The notes beneath the pieces were generated by a model. It was not told the origin of the DNA. It saw only the letters and a program-made list of their open reading frames with translations, and did no database searches. A DNA stretch of 64,000 nt, from the NCBI GenBank assembly GCA_002861595.1, contig PJQG01000008.1, positions 39,174-103,173 of the forward strand, in the 5' to 3' direction. Shown piece by piece: positions 17,901 to 27,262 of this stretch. The stretch comes from Actinomycetota bacterium. GTDB lineage: Bacteria > Actinomycetota > Acidimicrobiia > Acidimicrobiales > GCA-2861595. Position 1 is the stretch's first letter. Each line of letters opens with the position of its first letter. The position numbers and the translations under genes were made by a program.

Positions 17901-18485
17901 ATGGCGCTCGGCTCTGGCCACCTCCCGCGAGAGGTCTCGCTCCATCGCCCGCCGGTTGAGCAAGCCCGTGAGCGGGTCGAGAAAGGCGGCCTTCTCCAGG
18001 CGTTCCTCGACCAGCGAGGCGCAGGTCTGCACGAGGGAGTCGAGCACGGAATTGGTCTGGTTCTGGGCCCGCAGCACGGCCTCCGGCGGCAGCCCCTGGG
18101 CCATGTGCCTGTGCAGAACCTCTCGCAGGCAGGCGAGCTGCCGCAGGGCCCCGTCCAGGTTGGCGCCCGGCTCCACGAGAGTCCGTGCCGCCCACACGAG
18201 GCTCCTTGCCGGGCTCGACGGCGCAACGACAGCGCTGGCGAGCGCCGAGCTGATCGCGAACACGACTTTCTGGGCACCGACGGCGTCGGGCGGCGACATC
18301 GCCGGCGCGGCGGCGTCGCAGGCCGCCAGCCACTCGGTGACGAGCACATGGCGCTCGGCCCTCACCAGTTCGGCGGCATTGCCGGGGGCGGTGGCGGTCA
18401 TCCCGTCCGAGTCGTCACAGCCGTCCCCGTCGCTTCGCATCTCGCCACCCAATGTTACGGCGCTCCGGACGGAAAGTGTTACCAA
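14970..18485 (-). CDS. multidomain membrane protein: N-terminal helical region, GGDEF, 2 TM, HD-GYP, TM region, Pro-rich linker, beta-rich module, about four Ig-like repeats
   Basis: GGDEF motif YRVGGDEF with RAED five residues upstream. HD-GYP motifs HDIGK and HHERWDGKGYP. The C-terminus has repeated units of about 90 aa (GTVTF.DG...LG...L...G.A....L..G.H...A.Y.GD). Confidence 0.85.
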   Translation of the reverse strand: MVTLSVRSAVTLGGEMRSDGDGCDDSDGMTATAPGNAAELVRAERHVLVTEWLAACDAAAPAMSPPDAVGAQKVVFAISSALASAVVAPSSPARSLVWAARTLVEPGANLDGALRQLACLREVLHRHMAQGLPPEAVLRAQNQTNSVLDSLVQTCASLVEERLEKAAFLDPLTGLLNRRAMERDLSREVARAERHGLRLSVVMIDLDGLKEVNDREGHTAGDQALRALADALQAGLRAEDSAYRVGGDEFLALLPETPEADVDAVVERILAAGPPAFSWGAATSAEAGADAMTLLDAADQRLLERRRALRGVRPPSTPPGAPAANGERRWRERRLTAAVMRGAVLLVPMVAGVVAAIVTGRALSPPTGLAGITGWWAGVLSVSMITAAAVDRLARRLLPLAALLKLSMIFPDKAPSRLSIALRSGSVRALRDRIERLREQGLSTEPSQAAAEVLVLLEALRDHDRPTRGHSERVRAYTDLLAQELGLSAEDREHLRWAGLLHDIGKLAVDPAILNKEGALDSEELRVVHAHPTEGARVVAPLRGWLGEWAAAVEQHHERWDGKGYPAGLAGEDIALGARVVAVADAFEVMTAPRSYRSSLRPAAARAELARCAGSHFDPKVVRAFLSLSIGRLRWVMGPLAWIARVPVIAVLVNLSPAGAMVAGSGAATALAVGAGVVTLPPPAPTPQDAPAPDAGRPSATEAPPGQRPLSVEPGETLFSTPVPVPIEALDGATIAPGPAQLNTTRVTENTTRPVAPTTKPTGTTVPASNGTAILSAGDVTLADGSRFSLDLNGTKPGTGYDQLDVVGKVNLGGATLDVSLGFDPALGDSFIIINNDGDDPVVGTFAGLPEKAIFSVSERRFQITYMGGGNGNDVVLTRVDMAATSTSLSSSRGRSIYGQPVTFVATITSTAADPTGTVTFAEGSALIGTARLDADGVARFTTSTLHAGAHTLIAEYGGNPVHAPSTSASFTQMVDKDTSTVSVTTSPENPVLGEPVSFSAVVTTANGGAATGTVTFTDGSTPLGTADIGSDNTATFTTSALTVGEHAVTASYSGDDNVTASTSEAVSRSVGKAAAGVTLASSANPSPAAEPVTLTATVTAPGEGMAVPSGTVTFHDGDAILGSIALDAAGSAALTVSLDAGEHIITATYEGDANYLSATSDPVTQVSTGD

Positions 18486-18588
18486 GACCTTTCTTTGCCG
18501 GTTTCGACCGCGGAGCGTCGACGGGCTCGGTGCCGTTTTCGTTGGAAGCCGCGACAGCCAGGCTGGACCGGACCTGCGGCTTGTGTGG

Positions 18589-19320
18589 TCAGACGTGCAC
18601 GCCCAGAGCCGCCGGCAGCTCGTCGAAATGGGAGATCACGTGCTCGGCCTCGGGCTCGGGCTGGCTGTCGTCGTCCCTGATGCCGATGTAGCGCACCGCC
18701 ACCATCCCCATGGACCGAGCGCCGGCCACGTCGGTTCGGCGGATGTCGCCCACGTGGGCCACCCGCTCGGGGGCCGGGTCTCCCAGGCCGGCCAGAGCGT
18801 GCTCGAAGATCGCCGAGGAGGGCTTGTAGGCGCCGACCTCGTCCGAGAACGACCAGTGGTCGAACAGGGGCAGGACGCCGTGGCGGATGAGGTGCTCGCG
18901 CAGGGTCGACGAGGGCGTGAAGCCGACATCACAGATGATGCCGAGCTTGATGCCCGCCGCCTTCAAGGCCCGCAGGCAGGGCTCGATCCCTTCGGACAGG
19001 TGCAACTCCGCCTCCTGACCGGCCCGGCCGAAGGCGTCGAGCAGGGACTGGCGGACCTCGGCCGGTACCTCGATGCCGAGGTTCTCGATGATGTGCTCGG
19101 CGGCCTCGGCCGCCTGGAACTGTTCGTTGGCCCGCCAGGCGGCGATGTAGGCATCCCAGGCGGCGTCGTACACCGTCTCGAGCTGCAGCCGCTCCAAGGC
19201 GTACCCCGCCTCCTCGAGCAGCCCCGACCAGGCTTCCATGCGCCGGCTGCGCAGCTGGCCCCGCAGCTCGTAGGCGAGGGTGTTCCAGTAGTCGAACGTG
19301 ACCGCCTCGATGGCCCCCAT
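18589..19320 (-). CDS. HAD-superfamily hydrolase
   Basis: Start MGAIEAVTFDYWNTL (ATG at 19320) within the longer ORF 18589..19704. Later motifs are SDEVGAYKPSSAIF and HVGDIRRTDVAGARSMG. Confidence 0.75.
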   Translation of the reverse strand: MGAIEAVTFDYWNTLAYELRGQLRSRRMEAWSGLLEEAGYALERLQLETVYDAAWDAYIAAWRANEQFQAAEAAEHIIENLGIEVPAEVRQSLLDAFGRAGQEAELHLSEGIEPCLRALKAAGIKLGIICDVGFTPSSTLREHLIRHGVLPLFDHWSFSDEVGAYKPSSAIFEHALAGLGDPAPERVAHVGDIRRTDVAGARSMGMVAVRYIGIRDDDSQPEPEAEHVISHFDELPAALGVHV

Positions 19321-19370
19321 GATGGAGGGGGACCCTACCGGCCGGCTCCGCGCCCGCCGGCGCCGGCCTC

Positions 19371-19568
19371 TCAGGCGCCCTGCTGCTCCATCTCGGCCAG
19401 CGAGCGGCGGATCTCGGACTCGCGGAAGCGGCGATGGCCGCCGAGCGTGCGCACCGCGGAGATCTTGCCGGCTCGGGCCCAACGGGTCACCGTTTTGGGA
19501 TTGACCCGGAAGAGGGCAGCGACCTCGGCGGGGGTCAGGAGTGCGTCGGACTGGGTGATGTCGGCCAC
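19371..19568 (-). CDS. bldC: BldC-like MerR/excisionase-type HTH DNA-binding protein
   Basis: LLTPAEVAALFRVNPKTVTRWARAGKISAVRTLGGHRRFRESEIRRSL closely resembles Streptomyces BldC as I recall it. GTG at 19568 is preferred; an alternative upstream start lies at 19628. Confidence 0.8.
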   Translation of the reverse strand: MADITQSDALLTPAEVAALFRVNPKTVTRWARAGKISAVRTLGGHRRFRESEIRRSLAEMEQQGA

Positions 19569-19769
19569 TGGTGTGAATCCCTTCAGGAAGCGATGCTTTC
19601 GAGATGTACGAACGGCGGGTGGCGCCATGACGCCAATGGCCCGAACGCGCCAATTTCGCCGTCATCGCCGTGACTAGTGCCTGTTCCACAGAGCGAGGGC
19701 GCACGGTACGCTCCCCCTGATCCGCATGCTCGACGCCTTCTGCGCACGCCGCGTGCTCCGAACCGGCAC

Positions 19770-21905
19770 GTGAGCCCGCTTTCCCGCACCATCGAGGCGG
19801 ACGCCGGCCCCGACCAGCTCGCGCCCCAGCTGCTGTACCGCGGTGTCCTCCACGGCGAGCTCCTCGCCGACCTGCGCCTGGCCTGTCTCTCCCGCGCCCT
19901 CGACGAGCGCGAGATCAGCCTGCAGAAGCAGAGCCGGGCCTTCTTCCACATCGCCGGCGCCGGCCACGAGGCGCTTCTCCTCGGCCTGGCCCACCACCTG
20001 CGCGCGGGCTACGACTGGTTCTTCCCGTACTACCGAGACCTCGCCCTCATGCTCGCCTTCGGCGTGACGCCCAAGGAGATCCTGCTCCAGGCGGTGGGGT
20101 CGGGCGAGGACCCCGCGTCGGGCGGCCGGCAGATGCCCTCCCACTGGGGCTTTGCCGACAAGCACGTCTTCACCCAGTCGAGCCCGACCGGTAGCCAGTG
20201 CCTCCCGGCCGTCGGCTGCGCCGAGGCGGGTCGCTACATCGGCCGCCGGAGCCCGCTTCGGGGCTGCACCGCCCAAGACGACGAGCTCACCTATGTCTCC
20301 CTCGGCGAGGGCAGCGCCTCCGAGGGCGAGTTCTGGGAGAGCCTCAGCACCGCCTGCACGCTGCGCCTGCCCGTCCTCTACGTCGTGGAGGACAACGGCT
20401 ATGCCATCTCCGTCCCCGTCGCCGAGCAGTCCCCGGCGCCCATCTCGGAGCTGGTCGGGAGCTTTCCGGGGCTGGCCATCCACCGCGTCGACGGCTGCGA
20501 CTACTTCGCCTCCAGGGCGGTCGCCGGCCGGGCCGTGGACGACGTGCGTGCAGGGTTGGGCCCTGCCCTCATCCACGCCACCGTCACCCGGCCCTTCTCC
20601 CACTCGGCGGCCGACACCCAGAGCCGCTACCGCTCCGCCGCCGAACTGGCGGAGGAGGCGGAGCGAGACCCCGTCGCACGCCTCGAACGGGAGCTGATCG
20701 AGGGCGGGGTGCTCAGCCCCGACGAAGCTGCCGCCATCCGCGCTGAGGCCCACCGCCAGGCCTCGGACGCGGCCAAGGAGGCGCTCGTCGCCGCCCGCCC
20801 CGACCCGCTCCGCGTCACCGACCACGTGTACGCCCTCCCCGACCTGGTCCTGCCCGAAGAGCCCGGGCCGGACGCCGCCGGCGAGGTCGTTTCCTTCGGC
20901 GAGGCCATACGACGGACGCTGCACGAGCTGATGGCCACCGACGAGCGCATCCGGGTGTTCGGCGAGGACGTGGCCGACGCTCCCGCGGCGCTGCTCGAAG
21001 CGGTGGATGGCAAGGGCGGCGTCTTCGGCACCACCCGCGACCTCCAGCGGTCCTTCGGCGGCGACCGCTGCTACAACACTCCCCTTGCCGAGGCCAGCAT
21101 CGTGGGGCGGGGAGTGGGGCAGGCCCTGCGCAACCTCCGGCCGGCACCGGAGATCCAGTTCGTCGACTACATCTGGCCGGCCATGCAGCAGATCAAATGC
21201 GAAGCGGCCACCATCCGCTGGCGGTCCAACGGCGCCTTCACCTGCCCCGTGGTGGTCCGGGCGCCCGTAGGCGGCTACCTCAACGGTGGCGCCATCTGGC
21301 ATTCCCAGTGCGGGGAGTCCATCTTCGCCCACATCCCGGGGCTCCTCATCGCCTTTCCCTCGCGGGCCCGCGACGCCGCCGGCCTGCTCCGAGCCGCCTT
21401 TCTCGCTGACGACCCGGTGCTGTTCCTCGAGCACAAGCACCTGCTCCGCCAGGCGTACGCCCGCGACGTCTTTCCCCCGCCCGACTGGGTCCTGCCCTTC
21501 GGGCGGGCGGCGTGCGTGCGGCCCGGCTCCGACCTCACCATCGTCACCTACGGGGCGACGGTGGAGAAGTCGTGCCGCGCCGCGGGGCTCCTCGAAGAGC
21601 AACGCCGCGGCTCGGTGGAGGTCATCGACCTTCGCACCATCGTCCCCTGGGACCAGGAGACGGTGGCCGAGTCGGTGCGGCGGACGGGCAGGGTCCTCGT
21701 CGTCCACGAGGACGTGGTCACCTGCGGCTTCGGCGCCGAGGTGGCGGCGTGGGTGGCTGACCAGCTGTTCGCCGACCTCGACGCCCCCGTGCGGCGCGTC
21801 GCGGCCAAGGACACCCACGTGGCCTACGAACCCACCCTGGAGGCGGCCACCCTGCCCCAGGTCGACGACATCTTCATCGCGGCGCGGGACCTCCTCGCCT
21901 ACTGA
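19770..21905 (+). CDS. 2-oxoacid dehydrogenase E1 component, fused alpha and beta subunits (ThDP-dependent)
   Basis: The alpha part has FFHIAGAGHEALLLG and YVSLGEGSASEGEFWESL. The beta part has RVFGEDVADA, YNTPLAEASIVG and VVRAP.GGY. The start is uncertain: GTG at 19770 or GTG at 19677. Confidence 0.8.
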   Translation: MSPLSRTIEADAGPDQLAPQLLYRGVLHGELLADLRLACLSRALDEREISLQKQSRAFFHIAGAGHEALLLGLAHHLRAGYDWFFPYYRDLALMLAFGVTPKEILLQAVGSGEDPASGGRQMPSHWGFADKHVFTQSSPTGSQCLPAVGCAEAGRYIGRRSPLRGCTAQDDELTYVSLGEGSASEGEFWESLSTACTLRLPVLYVVEDNGYAISVPVAEQSPAPISELVGSFPGLAIHRVDGCDYFASRAVAGRAVDDVRAGLGPALIHATVTRPFSHSAADTQSRYRSAAELAEEAERDPVARLERELIEGGVLSPDEAAAIRAEAHRQASDAAKEALVAARPDPLRVTDHVYALPDLVLPEEPGPDAAGEVVSFGEAIRRTLHELMATDERIRVFGEDVADAPAALLEAVDGKGGVFGTTRDLQRSFGGDRCYNTPLAEASIVGRGVGQALRNLRPAPEIQFVDYIWPAMQQIKCEAATIRWRSNGAFTCPVVVRAPVGGYLNGGAIWHSQCGESIFAHIPGLLIAFPSRARDAAGLLRAAFLADDPVLFLEHKHLLRQAYARDVFPPPDWVLPFGRAACVRPGSDLTIVTYGATVEKSCRAAGLLEEQRRGSVEVIDLRTIVPWDQETVAESVRRTGRVLVVHEDVVTCGFGAEVAAWVADQLFADLDAPVRRVAAKDTHVAYEPTLEAATLPQVDDIFIAARDLLAY

Positions 21906-21913
21906 TCCTCCGC

Positions 21914-22972
21914 TCAGCCGAGGTGCACGCGGCCGCTCCCGGCCGTCACCTCGCCGATTCGAACCGCCCTGTGGCCCCGCTCCCGCAGCACGTCCAGGGC
22001 ACGGAAGGCCTCGGCGGCGGGAACGGCGACGACCATGCCGATGCCGAGGTTGAACACCCTGGCCATCTCGGCCGGGTCCACCTCGCCCAGACGCTGGATC
22101 TCGGCGAAGATGCGGGGCTGCTCCCACGCGCCGGGGTCGACGACGGCGTCACGGTTGGCGGGCAGCACGCGTGCCAGGTTGGCGGCGATCCCGCCGCCGG
22201 TGACGTGGGCCACGGCCCGCACGTCGACCACCCGGAGCAAGGCCGCGACCGCCGGCGCGTAGATCACCGAGGGTGTGAGCAGCTCGTCGGCCAGGCTGTG
22301 GGCGGCGCCGCCGTACGCCGGCTCTTCCAGGCCGCGCCTGGCGATGTCGAACAGCACTCGGCGGGCCAGCGAGAAGCCGTTTGACCTCAGGCCCGGCGAG
22401 GGCAGGCCCAGCAGGGCGTCGCCCTCCTCCAGGCGGTCGCCGGTGATGATGCGGTCGCGCTCGACCACCCCGAGGGCAAAGCCGACCAGATCGAACTCGC
22501 CCGCCTCCATGGCGCCGGGATGCTCGGCCATCTCCCCGCCGATCAGCGCGCAACCGGCCTGGCGGCAGCCGTTGACGACCCCCTCCACGAGCTGGTCGAT
22601 GTGGTCCGGGTCGAGACGGCCCACGGCGACGTAGTCGAGGAAGAAGAGCGGTTCGGCGCCCTGGCAGACGAGATCGTCCACGCACATGGCCACCAGGTCG
22701 ACGCCGATGGTCGTGAAGCGCCCGGCCGCCTGGGCCACCAGCGCCTTGGTGCCGACCCCATCGGTGGAACCCACGAGCACCGGGTCGCGGTAACGGTCCT
22801 GGGGAAAGGCGAACAGACCGCCGAAGCCGCCGATGTCGCCGAGGACCTCCGGACGGAAGGTGGAGCGCACCTTGTCCTTGATGCGCTCCACGGCTCGCTC
22901 GCCGGCGGCGATGTCGACGCCCGCGCCGGCGTAGGTCACTCCCGGCGGGGAGCCCTCCGACTCCTCATGCAC
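21914..22972 (-). CDS. purM: phosphoribosylformylglycinamidine cyclo-ligase (AIR synthetase)
   Basis: YAGAGVDIAAGERAVERIK, GGFGGLF and STDGVGTK motifs; 352 aa. Confidence 0.95.
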   Translation of the reverse strand: MHEESEGSPPGVTYAGAGVDIAAGERAVERIKDKVRSTFRPEVLGDIGGFGGLFAFPQDRYRDPVLVGSTDGVGTKALVAQAAGRFTTIGVDLVAMCVDDLVCQGAEPLFFLDYVAVGRLDPDHIDQLVEGVVNGCRQAGCALIGGEMAEHPGAMEAGEFDLVGFALGVVERDRIITGDRLEEGDALLGLPSPGLRSNGFSLARRVLFDIARRGLEEPAYGGAAHSLADELLTPSVIYAPAVAALLRVVDVRAVAHVTGGGIAANLARVLPANRDAVVDPGAWEQPRIFAEIQRLGEVDPAEMARVFNLGIGMVVAVPAAEAFRALDVLRERGHRAVRIGEVTAGSGRVHLG

Positions 22973-24419
22973 GCTGAGGCTTCAGCTCCTCGAGCACGCC
23001 CTTGGTGAAGTTCACGGGTGCGGCGGTCGGGTACTCGCCGGTGAGGCAGGCGGAGCAGAAGCCGGCGCCGGGGGCCTCGATGGCCCGCTCGAGGTTCTCG
23101 AGGCTCAGGTAGGCGAGCGAGTCGACGCCGAGGTAGTCCTGGATCTCGCCCACCGACATGTTGGCCGCCAGCAACTCGGCGCGCGTTCCGGTGTCGACAC
23201 CGTAGAAGCACGGCCATTTGTACGGCGGGCTGGTGATGCGCACGTGGACCTCGCTGGCGCCGACCTCGCGCAGCATCCGCACGATGGCTCGCTGGGTCGT
23301 GCCGCGCACGATGGAGTCGTCCACCACCACCACGCGCTTGCCCCGGATGTTCTCCCGCAACGGGTTGAGCTTGCGGTTGACGGCGCGGCTGCGCATCTCC
23401 TGGGTGGGAGCGATGAAGGTGCGCCCGATGTAGCGGTTCTTCACCAGGCCCTGCCCGTAGGGGATGCCGCTGCGCTTGGCGTAGCCCTCGGCCGCGGGCA
23501 CGCCCGACTCGGGGACACCCATCACCATGTCGGCCTCCACCGGGGCCTGCTCGGCCAGCAGCTCGCCCATCCGCCGGCGAGCGCCGTGGACCTCCTTGCC
23601 GTAGAGGTGGCTGTCCGGGCGGGCGATGTAGACGAGCTCGAAGATGCACAGCTTGGGGTTGACGCGGTTCTGCGGGAAGGGGTGCTCCGAGCGCCACCCG
23701 GTGGCATCGATGACGATCATCTCGCCCGGGTCGATCTCCCGCACGAAGTGGGCGCCGATGACGTCGAGCGCCGGCGTCTCCGATGCCAGCACCCACCCGC
23801 TGTCGAGCTTTCCCAGGCACAGGGGGCGGAACCCGTTGGGATCGCGCACGCCGATGAGGTGGCCGGCGTCCATGAGCACGAAGGAGAAGGCGCCCTCCAG
23901 GCGGGGCAGCACCTGCACCAGGGCCCGCTCGAGGTCGCGGCCGTCACTGCGCCCGTCGCCGTCGGGTGGAAAGCAGGCGGCGATGAGCTCGGCCACCAGG
24001 TCGCTGTCGCTGGCCACGGTGCCGGGCAGCATCCCGGCTTCGGCGGCCAGTGCCGCCGTGTTGGTGAGGTTGCCGTTGTGACCCAGGGCGAAGCCGGACT
24101 CGCCCGGCTCCCGGTACACCGGCTGAGCGTTGCGCCAGGTGCTCGAGCCCGTGGTGGAGTAACGGGTGTGGCCGATGGCCAGATGGCCCTTCAGCGGCGC
24201 CAGCGTGCGGTCGTCGAACACGTTGGTGACCAGGCCCATGTCCTTGACGATGGTGATGGTGTCGCCGTCGCTCACGGCCATGCCCGCCGATTCCTGGCCC
24301 CGGTGCTGCAGGGCGTAGAGGCCGTCGAAGGTCAGGTGGGCGACGGGCATCCCAGGGCCGTAGACCCCGAACACCCCGCACGCCTCTTTGGGGTGGTCGT
24401 CGTCGATCTCCCCCGTCAC
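22965..24419 (-). CDS. purF: amidophosphoribosyltransferase
   Basis: Short propeptide then CGVFGVYG, YALQHRGQESAGMAV and the PRTase motif VVVVDDSIVRGTT. GTG at 24419 (or TTG at 24422) lies within ORF 22965..25703. Confidence 0.9.
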   Translation of the reverse strand: MTGEIDDDHPKEACGVFGVYGPGMPVAHLTFDGLYALQHRGQESAGMAVSDGDTITIVKDMGLVTNVFDDRTLAPLKGHLAIGHTRYSTTGSSTWRNAQPVYREPGESGFALGHNGNLTNTAALAAEAGMLPGTVASDSDLVAELIAACFPPDGDGRSDGRDLERALVQVLPRLEGAFSFVLMDAGHLIGVRDPNGFRPLCLGKLDSGWVLASETPALDVIGAHFVREIDPGEMIVIDATGWRSEHPFPQNRVNPKLCIFELVYIARPDSHLYGKEVHGARRRMGELLAEQAPVEADMVMGVPESGVPAAEGYAKRSGIPYGQGLVKNRYIGRTFIAPTQEMRSRAVNRKLNPLRENIRGKRVVVVDDSIVRGTTQRAIVRMLREVGASEVHVRITSPPYKWPCFYGVDTGTRAELLAANMSVGEIQDYLGVDSLAYLSLENLERAIEAPGAGFCSACLTGEYPTAAPVNFTKGVLEELKPQRA

Positions 24420-24469
24420 CAACCCATGTTCGCACACCGGCGCCGGCTTGTGCCGCAATGCTGCGAGGC

Positions 24470-26719
24470 TCAGACAGGGGCGAGAGCCCGGGGGATGGCG
24501 CCACGCCAGGCCTCGGCGGCCCCGGCCACGCCGAGGTCCACCAGGCCCTCCACGACGAGACGGTCGCCGCCGGCCTCTCCGAGCACGCGCGCGGCCACGC
24601 CGGCAGAGGTGGCCCGGCCGAGAACGTCGTCCAGGCACTCGGGAGCCACACAGGCCACGACGCGGGACGGCGCCTCGCCGAACAACTCGACATGCCCGCC
24701 CACGCCACCCACGGTGAAGCCCGTGCCGGAGCGCAGCGCCATCTCGGCCAGCGCCACCCCGAGCCCGCCGTCGGAGACGTCGTGGACGCCGGCGAGCGCG
24801 CCATCGGAAACCAGCGACCGCACCAGGTCCACCAGGCGGCCATGGGTAGCCAGATCGAGCGCCGGCAACCGGCCCCCGCGGTGGTCGTGGGCCCGCAGCG
24901 CCCAGAGGGACCCGCCGAGGGACGGCTCCGTGCCATCGAGCCCGGCGTCGCCGAGCAGCACCAGGCGACCACCGGGCACGAGCCGCACACCCGGAGGCCG
25001 GCGGTCCAGATGGTCGATGAGCCCGACCACGCCGATCACGGGCGTTGGATCGATGTCCCGCCCCCGGCTCTCGTTGTAGAGGCTCACGTTGCCGCCGATC
25101 ACGGGGAGCCCGAGCGCCGTGCAGGCCTCGGACATGCCGTCGATCACCTCGGAGAGCTGCCACATGACCTCGGGGTGCTCGGGGTTGCCGAGGTTGAGGC
25201 AGTTGACGACCGCCGCCGGGCGGGCGCCGGCGCAGGCCACGTTGAGGGTGGCCTCGGCCACCACCATGGCCGTTCCCTGACGGGGATCGAGGGCGCACCA
25301 GCGGCCGTTGCCGTCGGTGGAGATGGCCAGCGCCCTTCCTCCGGCACCGGGAAGGCCCGGCGCCTTGAGGCGCACCACGGCGGCGTCGCCTCCCGGGGGC
25401 TCCACCGTGTTGAGGAACAGCTGGTGGTCGTACTGGCGGTACACCCACGCCGGGTCGACGAGGAGGTCGAGCAGGTCCTCGCCACAGTCCTTCGGAGCCG
25501 GAAGCCGGGCCGGGTCGGCGGCGACCAGGGCGTCGAGGCCGGCGGGCCGGGCCATCGGGCGGTCGTAGAGGGGGGCGTCCTCGTGCAGCGAGGCCGCCGG
25601 CACGTCGGCCAGCACCTCGCCCCCCGGACGGTCGAGGATGCGCAGGCGGGCGCCCGGCGTCACCGTGCCCACGACCGAAGCTCGCACCTCCCAGCGTGCG
25701 CACACCTCCCGCACCTGGTCCAGCGACCCGGGCGCCACGATGGCCAGCATGCGCTCCTGGCTCTCACTGGTCATCACCTCGAACGGCGCCATGCCGGGCT
25801 CCCGCTGGGGGACCTCGGAGACGTACACGTCCATGCCCACACCGCCCCGTGACGCCGTCTCACTGGTGGCGCAGGTGAGGCCGGCGCCACCAAGGTCTTG
25901 GATGCCGACGACGATGCCGGCGTCGAGCAGCTCCAGGCAGGCCTCGATGAGGCGCTTCTCCTCGAACGGATCGCCCACCTGGACGCTGGGCCGTTTGCCG
26001 GCGTCGGCGTCGGCGTCGCCGAAGCCGGCGGATGCGAGCACGCTCACGCCCCCGATGCCGTCCCGGCCGGTGCTGGAGCCGAGGAGCACGGCCAGGTTCC
26101 CCACGCCCTCGGCCCGGCCGAGGACGAGACGTTCGGCCGGCATCACGCCGAGGCAGAGCACGTTGACCAGAGGGTTCTCCGCGTAGCAGTCGTCGAAGGC
26201 GACCTCGCCCCCGAGGTTGGGGACGCCCACGGAGTTCCCGTAGCCGGAGATGCCGCTCACCACCCCCTCGAAGATCCAGCGGCTGCGGGGGTCGTCGAGA
26301 GGCCCGAAGCGGATGGCGTCCAGGAGGGCGATGGGCCTCGCCCCCATGGTGAAGATGTCCCGGAGGATGCCGCCCACACCGGTCGCCGCTCCCTGGTAGG
26401 GCTCGACGGCAGAGGGGTGGTTGTGGCTCTCGATGCGCACGGCTACGGCGACGCCGTCGCCGGCGTCGATGACGCCGGCGTTCTCGCCCGGCCCCACCAG
26501 GACATGCGGGGCCTCGGTGGGGAGGCGGCGGAGATGGCGTCGGGAGGACTTGTAGGAGCAGTGCTCGCTCCACATCACTGCGTACATGGCCAGCTCGAGG
26601 TGGTTGGGCTCGCGGCCGAGGATGCGGCAGACGGCGCCAGCCTCGTCGTCGGTCAGCCCCAATGCGCGCGCCAACTCTGCGTCCATCGCCGACACGTTAT
26701 TCGCGCCCAGGGGCACCAA
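24470..26719 (-). CDS. purL: phosphoribosylformylglycinamidine synthase subunit PurL
   Basis: LELAMYAVMWSEHCSYKSS, ESHNHPSAVEPYQGAATGVGGILRD; 749 aa. An alternative start lies at 26686. Confidence 0.95.
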   Translation of the reverse strand: MVPLGANNVSAMDAELARALGLTDDEAGAVCRILGREPNHLELAMYAVMWSEHCSYKSSRRHLRRLPTEAPHVLVGPGENAGVIDAGDGVAVAVRIESHNHPSAVEPYQGAATGVGGILRDIFTMGARPIALLDAIRFGPLDDPRSRWIFEGVVSGISGYGNSVGVPNLGGEVAFDDCYAENPLVNVLCLGVMPAERLVLGRAEGVGNLAVLLGSSTGRDGIGGVSVLASAGFGDADADAGKRPSVQVGDPFEEKRLIEACLELLDAGIVVGIQDLGGAGLTCATSETASRGGVGMDVYVSEVPQREPGMAPFEVMTSESQERMLAIVAPGSLDQVREVCARWEVRASVVGTVTPGARLRILDRPGGEVLADVPAASLHEDAPLYDRPMARPAGLDALVAADPARLPAPKDCGEDLLDLLVDPAWVYRQYDHQLFLNTVEPPGGDAAVVRLKAPGLPGAGGRALAISTDGNGRWCALDPRQGTAMVVAEATLNVACAGARPAAVVNCLNLGNPEHPEVMWQLSEVIDGMSEACTALGLPVIGGNVSLYNESRGRDIDPTPVIGVVGLIDHLDRRPPGVRLVPGGRLVLLGDAGLDGTEPSLGGSLWALRAHDHRGGRLPALDLATHGRLVDLVRSLVSDGALAGVHDVSDGGLGVALAEMALRSGTGFTVGGVGGHVELFGEAPSRVVACVAPECLDDVLGRATSAGVAARVLGEAGGDRLVVEGLVDLGVAGAAEAWRGAIPRALAPV

Positions 26720-26833
26720 AATGAACCAACAGCAAGCCGCCGTCGAGTACGGCTATGATCCGTCCGAGAGGAGCAGTCCCAGGAGTGCTCCATCACCGAG
26801 AATTGGCGTCCTACCGGAGGCAAGGATCGAGAC

Positions 26834-27262
26834 ATGCCCACCAAAACGCAACGGGCAAAGTCTGCTATGTCAGATGAGCACAAGCAGGCGCTGGCCGTCG
26901 GCAGGGAGCAGGGTAGAGCAGTGCGGCGGTACCTCGAAGCCCTCGAGGCCCACCGGCCGAAGCGGGGTCGCAAGCGCACGCCGGAGTCCATCGAGCGCCG
27001 GCTGAGCGCCATCGAGGAGCGCCTGGCCGGCGCCGATCCGCTGACCCGCCTGCAGCTGGTACAGGAGCGCATGGACCTCCAGGAAGAGCTGGCCACCAAG
27101 TCCGAGGCGGTGGACATCGCCAGTCTGGAAGCGGAGTTCGTGGCCGCCGCCGGCGAGTACGGCGAGCGCAAGGGGATCAGCTACGGCGCATGGCGGGAGC
27201 TGGGCGTGGATGCTGCCGTGCTCAAGCGAGCCGGCATCCGCCGAGGGGGCGGCGAGGGCTAG
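26834..27262 (+). CDS. conserved hypothetical basic/coiled-coil protein
   Basis: 142-aa ORF on the strand opposite the pur genes, with a Lys/Arg-rich N-terminus, a coiled-coil-like middle and C-terminal GISYGAWRELGVDAAVLKRAGI. I could not assign a family. Confidence 0.55.
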   Translation: MPTKTQRAKSAMSDEHKQALAVGREQGRAVRRYLEALEAHRPKRGRKRTPESIERRLSAIEERLAGADPLTRLQLVQERMDLQEELATKSEAVDIASLEAEFVAAAGEYGERKGISYGAWRELGVDAAVLKRAGIRRGGGEG

